Assembly (NCBI GenBank): GCA_965199755.1
Contig: CBDASZ010000001.1
Location: 800,001-864,000 of the forward strand
Source: an uncultured candidatus Porisulfidus sp.
GTDB lineage: Bacteria > Pseudomonadota > Gammaproteobacteria > Poriferisulfidales > Poriferisulfidaceae
Reading direction: 5' to 3'
Length of the DNA: 64,000 nt
Position numbers and translations under genes: made by a program
The notes under the pieces: generated by a model
Databases searched by the model: none
Seen by the model: the letters and a program-made list of their open reading frames with translations, nothing else
What the model was told of the DNA's origin: nothing
Part shown: piece by piece, positions 27,490 to 38,490 of the stretch
Layout of the letters: each line of letters opens with the position of its first letter
Position numbering within the stretch: the first letter of the stretch is position 1

Positions 27490-30153
27490 TCAAGCTGCGA
27501 GCTGCCGAAGAACGTAGTGCAGAATGCCGCCGTGGCGGTAGTACTCCACTTCCTGAGGGGTATCGATACGCACCGTCACAGTGAAGTTTTTGGTATCCCC
27601 ACCATTACTGGAGCGAGCCGTAACCTCAAGTGATTCGGGCATATCACTGACTCCATCCAGACCTACGATGTCGAAATGCTCCTCACCGCTCAAGCCCAGT
27701 GATTCAGCATTCTCGCCTTGCTGGAACTGCAGCGGCAGGATGCCCATGCCAATCAGGTTAGAGCGATGAATCCGCTCATAACTCTCGGCGATTACCGCCC
27801 GCACTCCCTGCAGGCGCGGTCCTTTGGCAGCCCAGTCGCGAGACGAGCCGCAGCCGTATTCTTTTCCGGCCAGCACAATCAAAGGCACGCTTTCGTTGCG
27901 ATACTGCATGGCCGCATCATAGATAGACATTAGTTCACCACTCGGCAGATGGCGGGTGACACCGCCTTCGGTCCCGCCTGCCAGTCGGTTGCGTAGGCGG
28001 ATATTGGCAAAAGTGCCGCGCATCATCACTTCGTGATTGCCGCGTCGGGATCCGTATGAGTTGAAGTCTCCGACCGATACGCCGCGTTCTTTCAGGTAGC
28101 GTCCAGCGGGGCTGTCTTCCGCGATCGCGCCAGCGGGGGAGATATGATCGGTGGTGACCGAATCGCCCAGCCAGGCCAGCGCCCGTGCGCCTGCAATATC
28201 AGAGAAGTTGCCGATCTCCATGGACATGTCCTCGAAGTAGGGCGGGTGCGACACATAGGTCGAATCCGGCCACTCGTAAATGCGGCTGCTAACCGAGTCC
28301 AGTTGTGCCCAGTTGGCGTCGCCATCAAACACAGCCTCGTAGCTCTGCTTGAATTGATCGGCATCCAGCGCCTGTCCCAACACTGAGGCGACTTCTTGCT
28401 GGGCTGGCCAGATGTCCTTCAGGAACACCTCGCGCCCATCGGGAGTTGTCGCAATCGGCTCGGTGGTGATATCAATATCCATGTGACCGGCCAGTGCATA
28501 GGCGACGACCAGCGGCGGCGAAGCCAGATAGTTCATTAGCACCTGAGCGTGAATGCGTCCTTCGAAGTTGCGGTTGCCCGACAGAATTGAGGCCGTGGTC
28601 AGATTGTTTTCGGCGATCAACTGAGAGAGTTGATCAGACAGCGGGCCGGAGTTGCCAATGCACGTGGTGCAGCCGTAGCCGACCAGATGAAAGCCCAATG
28701 CTTTGAGTGGCTCCATCAATTCGGCGCGCTCCAGATAATCGGTGACCACCCGCGAGCCAGGTGCCAGTGACGTCTTCACCCATGGGCGAGTCTTGAGTCC
28801 GAGCGCGGCGGCTTTCTGCGCCACCAGACCGGCACCCACCATAACACTAGGGTTGGAGGTGTTGGTGCAGGAGGTGATGGCCGCAATGGCGATCATGCCG
28901 TCGCGCAAAGTGCAAGATTCGCCGTCAATCACGGCCTCGACTGATGCGGTTTCAGTCTTGCCGCGACCTTCATTGATCTGCTGCAGTTCTGAACGAAACT
29001 CGCTGGCGGCCTGATTGAGCACAACGCGATCTTGTGGACGTTTCGGGCCGGCGAGGCAAGGCTCGACGGTACTGAGACCCAGCTCCAGTATTTCACTGTA
29101 CGTCGCCACAGTATCACTGCGCCACATCCCTTGCTCCTTGGCGTAGGCTTCCACACAAGCAATCTGTGCAGCATCGCGTCCGGTCAGGCGAAGATACTCC
29201 AGAGTTTCTGTGTCAATCGGGAACAAGCCACAGGTGGCACCGTATTCAGGAGCCATATTTGCGATGGTCGCGCGGTCCCCAATCGACAACTGTGACAACC
29301 CGTCGCCGTAGAACTCGACGAACTTGCCTACCACGCCATGCGTGCGAAGCATCTGTACGATCGTCAGCACCAGGTCCGTTCCAGTCGCGCCTTCCGGCAA
29401 CGTGCCGTGCAGCCGGAAACCGACAACACGCGGGATCAGCATGGAAATGGGTTGCCCCAGCATTGAGGCTTCGGCTTCAATGCCGCCCACGCCCCAGCCC
29501 AACACGCCAATGCCGTTGATCATGGTGGTGTGGGAATCGGTGCCGACCAGTGTGTCCGGGTAGGCGTACATCACGCCGTCTTGTTCTGCGGCGAACACGA
29601 CCCGAGCCAGATATTCGAGATTGACCTGGTGCACGATGCCGGTGTCCGGTGGCACTACTTTGAAGTTGCTGAATGCGCCTTGACCCCATTTGAGGAAGCT
29701 GTAGCGCTCTTGGTTGCGGCTGAATTCGAGTTTGGCATTCAGATCAAACGCCTGATCGCTGGCGGAGCGGTCTACCTGAACCGAATGATCGATGACCAGT
29801 TCCGCTGGCTGTAGTGGGTTGATACGCTCCGGGTCTCCGCCCAGAACGCTGATGGCATCGCGCATCGCGGCGAGATCGACCACGGCTGGTACGCCGGTGA
29901 AATCCTGCATCAGTACGCGCGCCGGGCGAAAAGCAATTTCTTTGTGCGCCTCGGCCGTCGCGTCCCAGTTCAGTAGCGCGTCAATATCCTCAGCGGCTAC
30001 TGTGCGCCCATCCTCAAAGCGCAGCAGGTTTTCCAGAAGGATTTTTAGAGAGAAGGGCAGGCGCTCCACGCCTTCGAGGTGAGACAGACGATAAATCTGA
30101 TAGGAAGCGTCTCCAACCTTAAGTGTTCTTCGAGAGTTAAAACTATTAGCCAT
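27490..30153 (-). CDS. acnA: Aconitate hydratase A
   Basis: 'RVLMQDFTGVPAVVDLA', 'GTDSHT', 'AITSCTNTSNP', 'GYGCTTCIGNSG', 'GSSRDWAAKG'; ATG at 30153. Confidence 0.96.
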   Translation of the reverse strand: MANSFNSRRTLKVGDASYQIYRLSHLEGVERLPFSLKILLENLLRFEDGRTVAAEDIDALLNWDATAEAHKEIAFRPARVLMQDFTGVPAVVDLAAMRDAISVLGGDPERINPLQPAELVIDHSVQVDRSASDQAFDLNAKLEFSRNQERYSFLKWGQGAFSNFKVVPPDTGIVHQVNLEYLARVVFAAEQDGVMYAYPDTLVGTDSHTTMINGIGVLGWGVGGIEAEASMLGQPISMLIPRVVGFRLHGTLPEGATGTDLVLTIVQMLRTHGVVGKFVEFYGDGLSQLSIGDRATIANMAPEYGATCGLFPIDTETLEYLRLTGRDAAQIACVEAYAKEQGMWRSDTVATYSEILELGLSTVEPCLAGPKRPQDRVVLNQAASEFRSELQQINEGRGKTETASVEAVIDGESCTLRDGMIAIAAITSCTNTSNPSVMVGAGLVAQKAAALGLKTRPWVKTSLAPGSRVVTDYLERAELMEPLKALGFHLVGYGCTTCIGNSGPLSDQLSQLIAENNLTTASILSGNRNFEGRIHAQVLMNYLASPPLVVAYALAGHMDIDITTEPIATTPDGREVFLKDIWPAQQEVASVLGQALDADQFKQSYEAVFDGDANWAQLDSVSSRIYEWPDSTYVSHPPYFEDMSMEIGNFSDIAGARALAWLGDSVTTDHISPAGAIAEDSPAGRYLKERGVSVGDFNSYGSRRGNHEVMMRGTFANIRLRNRLAGGTEGGVTRHLPSGELMSIYDAAMQYRNESVPLIVLAGKEYGCGSSRDWAAKGPRLQGVRAVIAESYERIHRSNLIGMGILPLQFQQGENAESLGLSGEEHFDIVGLDGVSDMPESLEVTARSSNGGDTKNFTVTVRIDTPQEVEYYRHGGILHYVLRQLAA

Positions 30154-30351
30154 AATATTGTTATTGTTCAGGTTTTTTGTGCTTGTTAAGGCACTATTCA
30201 AAGCGGCGAACCCTATTTCCACGGGTGTCGCGCCGTTTTCTTGAGTGTCCGGGAAAATGCAGGGTGTGAAAAGGCCCGATTTGCAGGCAAATTATACAGC
30301 AGAGGCGGATTTCAGTGGGTTGTGCGTGAGGGCAGTCTCTGGCACGGTGTT

Positions 30352-31155
30352 CTAGCTCAGATACAACGCATCGATGATTTCTCGCATTTCTTCCGCTTCA
30401 TCAAGATAATCCGCACATACTCGTTCCCATAATATTTCGGGAATGCCATACAGCGCTTCGGCAATGGATCCGGCAATGGCGGCCAGTGTGTCCGCGTCGC
30501 CTTCTAGAGCCACGGCATTGCGCAGAGCATCCTCAAAGTCTTCAGCCTCCAGCGCACTGATCAGAGCTTCCGGCACAGTTTTCTGGCACGCCTCGCTATA
30601 AGAGTAATCCCGGCGAACCTCTTCATAAGACCGCGACAAGTTGTAAGCGTAGATATCGGCGATTGTGTCGCGAATGTGCTGCGGAGCCGCCTGATTCAAG
30701 GCGAGCCAGATGGCATGAGTGGTGGCGCGCGCGCCCTTGATGCCTTCCGGGTGATTGTGCGTAATGGCTGTCACACGATCCGCATCCGCCAGCGCCTCAT
30801 TCAGTGTGCGATTGCGGTTCAGCCACGCGACCGGGGAGACGCGCATGGCCGCGCCGTTGCCGTAGCTGTCGTAGGGCTCGGGTTGATCCAGATCAATCCA
30901 TTCGCTGAAGCCGGCCCCATAACTTCCCATCGGACAAGGATGGTGACGACACCATGCCTGCAAGGTTCGCGCCGGATCTAGGTCATTCAACAGAATATCA
31001 GCCACCGCCACGGTGCAGATGCTGTCATCCGTATAAGAGCTGCCTAACACGCCGGCCTGCGGGTCAGGCAGCGTCAGTAATTCAAAGTCTTTGCCATTGC
31101 TGGGCATAAATTCAAACACAGAACCGACAATGTCGCCAATAATAGCGCCTTTCAT
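30352..31155 (-). CDS. ADP-ribosylglycohydrolase family protein
   Basis: 'GAIIGDIVGS', 'TDDS', 'GNGAAMR', 'TH', 'GDADTLAAIAGSIAEA'. Confidence 0.92.
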   Translation of the reverse strand: MKGAIIGDIVGSVFEFMPSNGKDFELLTLPDPQAGVLGSSYTDDSICTVAVADILLNDLDPARTLQAWCRHHPCPMGSYGAGFSEWIDLDQPEPYDSYGNGAAMRVSPVAWLNRNRTLNEALADADRVTAITHNHPEGIKGARATTHAIWLALNQAAPQHIRDTIADIYAYNLSRSYEEVRRDYSYSEACQKTVPEALISALEAEDFEDALRNAVALEGDADTLAAIAGSIAEALYGIPEILWERVCADYLDEAEEMREIIDALYLS

Positions 31156-32237
31156 GTATGTGTTGCTCCTTCAGTAATTACGGCACCGCCGAGGCAGACC
31201 GTGTCGTCATAAAAAACCACCGATTGCCCCGGAGCAGGACTCCACTGCGGGGTCTCGAATCGAACTGAAAAGTTCTTATTGTTGGAATCTAGTGTACAAG
31301 GTTGCAAGGTCTGGCGGTGGCGAATCCGGGCCTGCAGTCGATTCGTGTCAGGCGGCGTACCAGCGATCCAGTGCGGCGCGGCGACGGGAATGTCCGTGCA
31401 ATTCAGGTCGGGATGCTCGCGATCCTGCGTAACAATTAGCTGATTACGATCGAAGTCTTTCTCAAGCACATACCAGGGGGACTCCCAGGCATCGGCGACG
31501 CCACCGATTCCCAGACCTTTGCGCTGGCCCAATGTGTAGAAGGCAAGCCCCGTGTGCTCACCGATATTCTGCCCCTGTTCGTTCACGATTTCGCCAGGAT
31601 CCTTGGCAATGTAGCCTTCCAGAAAATCCCGGAATCGACGCTCACCAATAAAGCAAATCCCGGTGCTGTCTTTCTTGTCGTGCACCGGCAGGCTCAGACG
31701 GCGCGCCTGAGCGCGCACATCCGTCTTACGCCATGCGGCCAGAGGGAAATGCACCTGATTGAGTTGCGCCTGCTCAAGCAGGTGCAGGAAATAAGTCTGA
31801 TCCTTGTCTTGGTCCGCGGCCATGAGCAATTCGCTGCGGCCGTTGTGACGGACGTCCGCATAGTGGCCGGTGGCAATCCCGTCGGCACCAAGCCTGATCG
31901 CATGTGCGATGAACAGCTGGAACTTGATTTCGCGATTGCACAGCACATCAGGATTGGGGGTGCGCCCAGCCTGATATTCCTGCAAGAAGATCTGAAAGAC
32001 CCGATCCCAATATTCCGCCGCGAAATTCACCGTGTGCAGGGGTATGTCGAGACGGGCGCATACCGCCTGCGCGTCTTCCAGATCTGTCGCCGCCGCGCAG
32101 TAGGACTCGGTGTCGTCTTCCTCCCAATTTTTCATGAACAGTGCTTCGACCGCATGGCCGTCTTCCAACAACTGCCATGCCGCGATGGCGGAATCCACGC
32201 CGCCGGAGAGGCCAACCAGAACCGGGCCGCTTGCCAT
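31152..32237 (-). CDS. mnmA: tRNA 2-thiouridine(34) synthase
   Basis: 'SGGVDS', 'FMKNWEEDD', 'TPNPDVLCNREIKF', 'KDQTYFL', 'DSTGICFIGER'. Confidence 0.96.
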   Translation of the reverse strand: MASGPVLVGLSGGVDSAIAAWQLLEDGHAVEALFMKNWEEDDTESYCAAATDLEDAQAVCARLDIPLHTVNFAAEYWDRVFQIFLQEYQAGRTPNPDVLCNREIKFQLFIAHAIRLGADGIATGHYADVRHNGRSELLMAADQDKDQTYFLHLLEQAQLNQVHFPLAAWRKTDVRAQARRLSLPVHDKKDSTGICFIGERRFRDFLEGYIAKDPGEIVNEQGQNIGEHTGLAFYTLGQRKGLGIGGVADAWESPWYVLEKDFDRNQLIVTQDREHPDLNCTDIPVAAPHWIAGTPPDTNRLQARIRHRQTLQPCTLDSNNKNFSVRFETPQWSPAPGQSVVFYDDTVCLGGAVITEGATHT

Positions 32238-32686
32238 CACCAGTTCCAATGTAACAGCGACAAGGGATGTCGAAGGCCCGCCAAGTAGTCATCGATGCAC
32301 TGCCGCACCAGCGGACTGCGTTGCTGCTGCGCGCTGAGTGCCGCAACTTCATCTCGGCGCATCCACACCGCACGAATGATGTCGTCATCTAGCGCGGCAT
32401 CAGGATATTCCCGCACCAGTTGGCCGCAGAAAGCAAAGCGCAGGTAGGTCTCGCCACTGTCTGGCGGAACGTAGCGATAGATTCCGATCAAGGCTTCAGG
32501 GGCGAACTCCCAACCGGCTTCCTCGCGCGTCTCGCGAGCGCAGGCTTCGATTAACGACTCGCCGTCTTCAAGGTGGCCGGCGGGCTGGTTGAATACCACC
32601 AGACCGTCGACTCGTTCTTCGACCAGCAGAAACTGGTCATCACGTTGCGCCACAGCGGCGACTGTGACATGAGGCTGAAAGTTCAT
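32237..32686 (-). CDS. nudJ: NUDIX hydrolase NudJ-like
   Basis: 'PHVTVA', 'FLLVEE', Nudix box 'NQPAGHLE.GE......RETREE'; canonical position before mnmA. Confidence 0.85.
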   Translation of the reverse strand: MNFQPHVTVAAVAQRDDQFLLVEERVDGLVVFNQPAGHLEDGESLIEACARETREEAGWEFAPEALIGIYRYVPPDSGETYLRFAFCGQLVREYPDAALDDDIIRAVWMRRDEVAALSAQQQRSPLVRQCIDDYLAGLRHPLSLLHWNW

Positions 32687-32784
32687 AGACAAAAGCAGAG
32701 CAAAAGGTTTATGATAAATTCTAATAGAGACCAGCAAGTCACTGACGCACCTATGGGCATGCACGACCAAAAGAGAATCCGTCT

Positions 32785-35049
32785 ATGAGCAGTTCGTTCA
32801 GCGATTCTTTTGAACGCGCCCTGCAGAAAGTGCGGCAGATGGCACAGACGCGCGGGCATGGTTACGTCACCCTGGAGCATGTCATGCTGGCGGTGCTGGA
32901 AGAGCCCACAGCGCAGGAGTTATTCCGCAAGCACGAAATCTCACCGGCACTGCTGCAGGACGAATTGCTGGAGCACATCGAACGCTACAAACCGCAGACC
33001 GAAGGCGCTTCACAAAAAGTGGAAGAGACGCGCAGCGTCAGCCGCGTGCAAACGCGCGCGCAAATGATCTTTGATATTCCCACCGGCATTCACGTACTGG
33101 AAATGCTGCTGGAAGAGCGTCAGGCGCATATCGTCAAACTGCTGCAGAAGTACGGCATCCGACGCGCCCAGGTGTCACACTTTCGCGAACAACTTGATCG
33201 CAGCCGTTTCGGTGACACCGCGGAAAAGGAAGCCCCTCCAACACACCGCCACGAACGAGAGGCCCCGAACTTTTCACGCAAGGAAGCTTCAATACAGCGC
33301 TATGTGACGAACCTGAACGATTTGGCGAACAAGGGCGAGATTGACGCTCTGATCGGACGAGGCGGTGAGATGAACCGGATCATGCAGACGCTGGGACGGC
33401 GGCGTAAAAACAATGTCGTGCTGGTCGGGGAGGCAGGAGTCGGCAAGACGGCGTTGGCGCAGGGACTGGCCTGGAGGGTCGTGCGCGAGGAGGTGCCAGC
33501 TCCTTTGATTGGCACCAAGGTGCTGTCGCTGAACATGGGCGGGCTGGTTGCTGGTACGCGATTTCGCGGAGACTTTGAAGAACGCATGAAGAACCTGCTG
33601 CAATATCTGCGCAAGCGCCAGAACGTGGTGCTCTTTATTGACGAGATTCATACCCTGATCGGTGCAGGCTCCGCGTCTGGCATGGTTATGGACGCGGCGG
33701 ATCTGCTCAAGCCCTTGCTGGCCAGTGGCGAGTTGCGCTGTATCGGTGCGACCACCTACCGGGAGTTTCGCCAGTCTTTTGAGCGGGACTCCGCCTTGGC
33801 GCGCCGCTTTCAGAAAATCGACGTGCTGGAGCCTTCGACTGAGGTGACTTATCAGATTCTGGACGAGCTCAAATGCAAATACGAACAGCATCATCAGGTT
33901 CACTACCCGGATGACACAGTACGCGCCATGGTGCGCCTCTCCGGCAAGTACCTGCATGATCGCCGTCAGCCGGACAAGGCGCTGGATCTGATGGACGAAA
34001 GCGGTTCGTTCTGCCGCCTGCAGCGGATGGACACTGCTGCCACCGAGGTGACGGTGGAGGATGTGGAGCAGGTGGTCTCCATAATGGCGCGTGTGCCTAA
34101 GCGCGAAGTGAGCTCAAACCATGCCCGCGCGCTGCTTAATCTGGACCAGCGACTCAAGTCCGCTATCTTCGGGCAGGACGAAGCCATTGAACAGCTGACA
34201 CGGGCACTCAAGATGGCTTATGCCGATCTGAAGCCTGAGCGTCGTCCGATGGGCAGTTTCCTGTTCAGTGGCCCGACCGGTGTGGGCAAGACTGAAGTAT
34301 GCAGACAACTGGCTGAGGCCATGGGCGTCAAGTTGTTGCGCTTTGACATGTCCGAATATATGGAGCGCCACTCGGTGGCACGTCTGGTCGGTTCACCACC
34401 CGGTTACGTCGGCCACGACGAAGGAGGCCTGCTGACCGAATCGGTGGTCAAACACCCGCACGCCGTGCTGCTGCTGGATGAGGCGGAGAAGGCACATCCT
34501 GATGTCATGGATGTATTGCTGCAAGTCATGGACTACGGCAAGTTGACTGACAGCAACGGCAGGGAAGTGGACTTCCGCAATCTGATTCTGGTGCTGACCT
34601 GCAATGTCGGTGCCGCCGAATTTGCGCGCGAGCAGATTGGTTTCACGCAACAGCCATCTGATGCGGATGTGTTGCGCGCCGTTGAGACGGCATTCGCACC
34701 TGAGTTCCGCAACCGGTTGGATGCGATTGTGGCGTTTCAGCCGCTGGACAATGACAGCGTGTTGGCCGTGATTGAGCGTCTGATCAGCGAATTGCAGCAA
34801 TCACTGGATGCGCGTGGCATCCAGTTGAAAGTCAACAAGCGGGCACGCCATTGGCTGGCGAAGCAGGGCTTTGATCCGGCGATGGGCGCACGGCCCATGG
34901 AGCGGGTCTTGCGTGAATACATTCGTACACCGCTGGCCGAGGCGATCCTCGCGGAAACGCTGGGTTCAGGAGGTGTGGTGCGGGTGTCTGCTAACCGCTT
35001 TGGCCTGCACTTTGAGGTGCAGGGCGAGCCGGCTGCAGTGTTGCACTAG
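32785..35049 (+). CDS. clpA: ATP-dependent Clp protease ATP-binding subunit
   Basis: Two AAA+ modules ([13 protein letters not shown]; [16 protein letters not shown]), ClpP-docking 'IGF', 'MGARP'; convergent with infA. Confidence 0.92.
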   Translation: MSSSFSDSFERALQKVRQMAQTRGHGYVTLEHVMLAVLEEPTAQELFRKHEISPALLQDELLEHIERYKPQTEGASQKVEETRSVSRVQTRAQMIFDIPTGIHVLEMLLEERQAHIVKLLQKYGIRRAQVSHFREQLDRSRFGDTAEKEAPPTHRHEREAPNFSRKEASIQRYVTNLNDLANKGEIDALIGRGGEMNRIMQTLGRRRKNNVVLVGEAGVGKTALAQGLAWRVVREEVPAPLIGTKVLSLNMGGLVAGTRFRGDFEERMKNLLQYLRKRQNVVLFIDEIHTLIGAGSASGMVMDAADLLKPLLASGELRCIGATTYREFRQSFERDSALARRFQKIDVLEPSTEVTYQILDELKCKYEQHHQVHYPDDTVRAMVRLSGKYLHDRRQPDKALDLMDESGSFCRLQRMDTAATEVTVEDVEQVVSIMARVPKREVSSNHARALLNLDQRLKSAIFGQDEAIEQLTRALKMAYADLKPERRPMGSFLFSGPTGVGKTEVCRQLAEAMGVKLLRFDMSEYMERHSVARLVGSPPGYVGHDEGGLLTESVVKHPHAVLLLDEAEKAHPDVMDVLLQVMDYGKLTDSNGREVDFRNLILVLTCNVGAAEFAREQIGFTQQPSDADVLRAVETAFAPEFRNRLDAIVAFQPLDNDSVLAVIERLISELQQSLDARGIQLKVNKRARHWLAKQGFDPAMGARPMERVLREYIRTPLAEAILAETLGSGGVVRVSANRFGLHFEVQGEPAAVLH

Positions 35050-35264
35050 CGGCTGCGGTAGGTGATGCGGCCTTTACTGATATCGTAAGGTGTCAATTCC
35101 ACCGTCACTCTGTCACCGGTCAGAATCCGAATATAATGCCGCCGCATCCGTCCGGAGATATGTGCTGTGACCAGATGTCCGTTATCCAACTCTACGCGAA
35201 ACATAGTATTGGGCAGGGTTTCGGTGACAACCCCTTCCATCTCAATGTGCTCTTCCTTTGCCAT
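35046..35264 (-). CDS. infA: Translation initiation factor IF-1
   Basis: '[27 protein letters not shown]...[23 protein letters not shown]'; ATG at 35264. Confidence 0.97.
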   Translation of the reverse strand: MAKEEHIEMEGVVTETLPNTMFRVELDNGHLVTAHISGRMRRHYIRILTGDRVTVELTPYDISKGRITYRSR

Positions 35265-35337
35265 AGGCAGTGCCAAGTTTTGACGCGCGCCATTATTCTC
35301 TAAATTTCCCCAAATATCAAGGACGGAACGCGGAACC

Positions 35338-36273
35338 ATGAGCATCGCATGCCTGTTCCCTGGACAAGGTTCGCAGCGCGTGGGCATGCTGTGCGAGATG
35401 GCGGAGGCCCACTCAAGCGTGGGTAACACCTTTGCAGAAGCCAGTGAATTGCTCGGTGAGGATCTGTGGCAACTGGCGCAGGAAGGACCCCCGGAAGTCC
35501 TGAATCAAACCCGCAATGCGCAGTTGACTTTGCTGGCGACAGAAATTTCAGTATGGCGGCTTTACTGCGCGCAAGGCGGGGCGCGACCGGATTATGTCGC
35601 CGGGCACAGTTTCGGGGAATATGCCGCATTGGTGGCGGCCGAAGCACTGACTTTCTCGGATGCCGTGCATCTGGTGCGCCAGCGCGGTGAATTGATGCAG
35701 CAGGCGGCCGCGGAGTGTGACGGCGGCATGGCCGCCATCCTCAAACTTGAAGCCTCGCGCGTCATTGAGATTTGCGCCCAGGTGGCTTCCGATACGCTGG
35801 TTGAAGCCGTCAATTTCAATGCGCCCGGACAAGTGGTGATCTCCGGCCTCAAGGATGGCGTGGCGAAAGCCTGCGAACTCTGCCAGGAAGAAGGCGGGCG
35901 AAGCATCATGCTGGAGGTGACAGTGCCGGCACACTCGAAAGTGATGCGCGCGGTGGACGAGGTGTTCACACAAGCTTTGCAAGAGATTGAATTTCACTCT
36001 CCCCAAATCCCGCTGGTCAATAATGTGGACGTGCGCGTTGAGACGGGGCCGCAACAGTTGCGCGAAGCATTGCGGCGGCAATTGCATTCCGCCGTGCGCT
36101 GGGAGGAGGGTATACTGACGATGATCAAGCACGGCGTTGATCGGTTCCTGGAAATGGGTCCCGGCAAAGTCCTGAGCGGTCTCAATCGAAGAATTGATCG
36201 CGAGGCGGTCAGCCTGTGCATTGAAAACCCGCAAACACTGCAACAAGCACTGGAGGAACAGTCAGATGCGTAA
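35338..36273 (+). CDS. fabD: Malonyl-CoA:ACP transacylase
   Basis: 'FPGQGSQ', 'GHSFGEY', '[12 protein letters not shown]', '[10 protein letters not shown]'. Confidence 0.95.
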   Translation: MSIACLFPGQGSQRVGMLCEMAEAHSSVGNTFAEASELLGEDLWQLAQEGPPEVLNQTRNAQLTLLATEISVWRLYCAQGGARPDYVAGHSFGEYAALVAAEALTFSDAVHLVRQRGELMQQAAAECDGGMAAILKLEASRVIEICAQVASDTLVEAVNFNAPGQVVISGLKDGVAKACELCQEEGGRSIMLEVTVPAHSKVMRAVDEVFTQALQEIEFHSPQIPLVNNVDVRVETGPQQLREALRRQLHSAVRWEEGILTMIKHGVDRFLEMGPGKVLSGLNRRIDREAVSLCIENPQTLQQALEEQSDA

Positions 36274-37000
36274 CGAACATGCGCTGGTGACAGGTGCCAG
36301 TCGCGGCATTGGCCGCGCCATCGCCATGGCATTGGCGGACGAAGGTGCCATTGTGACCGGCACCGCGACTACCGAAGAAGGGGCGCAGGGCATCACTGAT
36401 ATGCTCCAGCAAAAAGAGTCGCCCGGCACTGGCGAAGTGCTGCAACTGCAAGACCCAGAATCCGTAGCGGCGCTACTGGAACGTCTGGAGTCAGCCGAGC
36501 GGCTGCCTGCGATCCTGGTCAACAATGCCGGCATCGCACGCGACAATCTGATGATGCGCATGAAAGATGAGGAGTGGGATGCGGTATTTGCCGCGAACCT
36601 AACCGGCGCATTCCAGTTAACCCGAGGCTGTCTGCGTTCCATGCTGCGTGCCCGCAGTGGATGCATTATCAATTTGTCCTCAGTAGTCGGCTTCACCGGC
36701 AATCCCGGACAGGCCAACTATGCGTCGACCAAAGCAGGATTGGTGGGGTTCACACGCTCGCTCGCACAAGAAGTCGGCTCGCGAGGAATCACCGTCAATT
36801 GCGTGGCTCCAGGATTCATTGAAACGGATATGACCGAAGCGCTCGGTGATCGGCGCGACGAATTGCTGCGTGCTATCCCGCTGCAACGCATTGGATCCCC
36901 GGAAGACATCGCCGCGGCCGTGTTGTATCTGGCCGGGGAGGGCGGTAGCTACATCACCGGTGAGACACTGCATGTCAATGGCGGCATGTACATGGGCTAA
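36266..37000 (+). CDS. fabG: 3-oxoacyl-ACP reductase
   Basis: 'VTGASRGIG', 'NNAGI.RDNL..RMK', 'GQANYASTKAG', 'ITGETLHVNGGM'. Confidence 0.95.
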   Translation: MRNEHALVTGASRGIGRAIAMALADEGAIVTGTATTEEGAQGITDMLQQKESPGTGEVLQLQDPESVAALLERLESAERLPAILVNNAGIARDNLMMRMKDEEWDAVFAANLTGAFQLTRGCLRSMLRARSGCIINLSSVVGFTGNPGQANYASTKAGLVGFTRSLAQEVGSRGITVNCVAPGFIETDMTEALGDRRDELLRAIPLQRIGSPEDIAAAVLYLAGEGGSYITGETLHVNGGMYMG

Positions 37001-37035
37001 TCTGTTTGCGTCGCAGCCTGAGGGGTGTCTGCACA

Positions 37036-38490
37036 ATGCCTGATCCCACGCACAGCACCATCATTCCCGTCATCCTCTCTGGCGGGACCGGCAGTCGCCT
37101 GTGGCCGCTATCCCGCGCCATTCACCCCAAGCAGTTCTTTCCTCTGGTTGGAGAGATGACTTTGCTGCAATCCACGGCGAAGCGGCTGGCGCACATTGAC
37201 GGTGTCGTCGCACCCATGGTGGTGTGTAATGAGGCGCACCGGTTTGTGGTGGGAGAGCAACTCAAGGAGATTGGCGTGGAGCCGACTGCCATTCTGCTGG
37301 AGCCAATTGGCCGAAACTCCGCCCCGGCAATCACCGCCGCGGCTCTGGAAGCACTGGCGCACTGCGCTGATGGAGATTCTCCTGTTCTGCTGATCTTTCC
37401 AATCGATCATGTCATTCAGGACACGGACCGCTTCGCTGAGGCGGTGGAGGCGGCGATTGATGAGGCCCATCATGCGCATTTGGTGACCTTCGGCATACAG
37501 CCGACAGAGCCGAAGACCGGCTATGGTTATATCAATGCTGGTGCTGCGGCGAAGAGCGATACCGGAGCGCGTCAGGTTGAACGTTTTGTCGAAAAGCCGG
37601 ACGAGGAGACGGCCAGCGCATATCTGGAGGATGGGAATTACTACTGGAACAGCGGTATGTTTGTGTTTAGCGCCCGCCAGTATCTCGGCGAGGTCCAGCG
37701 ATACGTCCCTGAAATATTCGATGCGGTCACTCGCGCGCATCAAAAGGCCGCGAAGGATCTTGATTTTCTGCGCCTTGAGGGAGCGGCCTTTTCTGAGTCA
37801 CCGGCCATTTCCGTAGACCATGCGGTCATGGAACGGACCTCTGATGCGGTTATGATTCCGCTGGATGCCGGCTGGTGCGATATTGGCTCCTGGGCGGCGC
37901 TGGCACAAATCAGTGACGCGGATGAAGACGGCAATATCGCCAAGGGCGACGTGATTTTGGAGCACACGCAAAACACCTACGTTTATGGCGGTGATCGATT
38001 GATTGCCGTTGTTGGAGCCGAAGATCTGGTGATTGCGGACACCTCTGATGCGTTGCTTGTCGCTCACAAAGACACGGTGGAAGATGTCAAGACTGTCGTC
38101 GCGAGTCTGGAAGCTTCCGGGCGTGCAGAGCACCATACACACCGGGTGGTGCATCGTCCCTGGGGACTGTTCGAAGTCTTGCTGGACGGGAACGGATTCA
38201 AGATCAAGCGTATTGTCGTCAAACCCAGCCAAAGTCTGTCACTGCAATCCCATCAACATCGCGCGGAGCATTGGGTGGTGGTGCGCGGTGTCGCATTGGT
38301 GACCCGCGGGGAGGAGACTTTCAGAGTCAGCCAAAATGAATCCACCTACATTCCTCCCGAGACGAAACACCGGCTGGAAAATTCCGAAGCGGAATCGTTG
38401 GAACTCGTCGAGGTGCAAACGGGTGACTATCTCGGTGAGGATGACATCACACGCCACGAAGATATTTACGGACGCGACTCGTGCGACTGA
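37036..38490 (+). CDS. manC: Mannose-1-phosphate guanylyltransferase / mannose-6-phosphate isomerase
   Basis: 'PVILSGG.GSRLWPLSR..PKQF', 'FVEKP', 'WNSGMF', 'GW.D.GSW', cupin 'HRPWG...SLQ.H.HR.EHW'. Confidence 0.93.
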   Translation: MPDPTHSTIIPVILSGGTGSRLWPLSRAIHPKQFFPLVGEMTLLQSTAKRLAHIDGVVAPMVVCNEAHRFVVGEQLKEIGVEPTAILLEPIGRNSAPAITAAALEALAHCADGDSPVLLIFPIDHVIQDTDRFAEAVEAAIDEAHHAHLVTFGIQPTEPKTGYGYINAGAAAKSDTGARQVERFVEKPDEETASAYLEDGNYYWNSGMFVFSARQYLGEVQRYVPEIFDAVTRAHQKAAKDLDFLRLEGAAFSESPAISVDHAVMERTSDAVMIPLDAGWCDIGSWAALAQISDADEDGNIAKGDVILEHTQNTYVYGGDRLIAVVGAEDLVIADTSDALLVAHKDTVEDVKTVVASLEASGRAEHHTHRVVHRPWGLFEVLLDGNGFKIKRIVVKPSQSLSLQSHQHRAEHWVVVRGVALVTRGEETFRVSQNESTYIPPETKHRLENSEAESLELVEVQTGDYLGEDDITRHEDIYGRDSCD

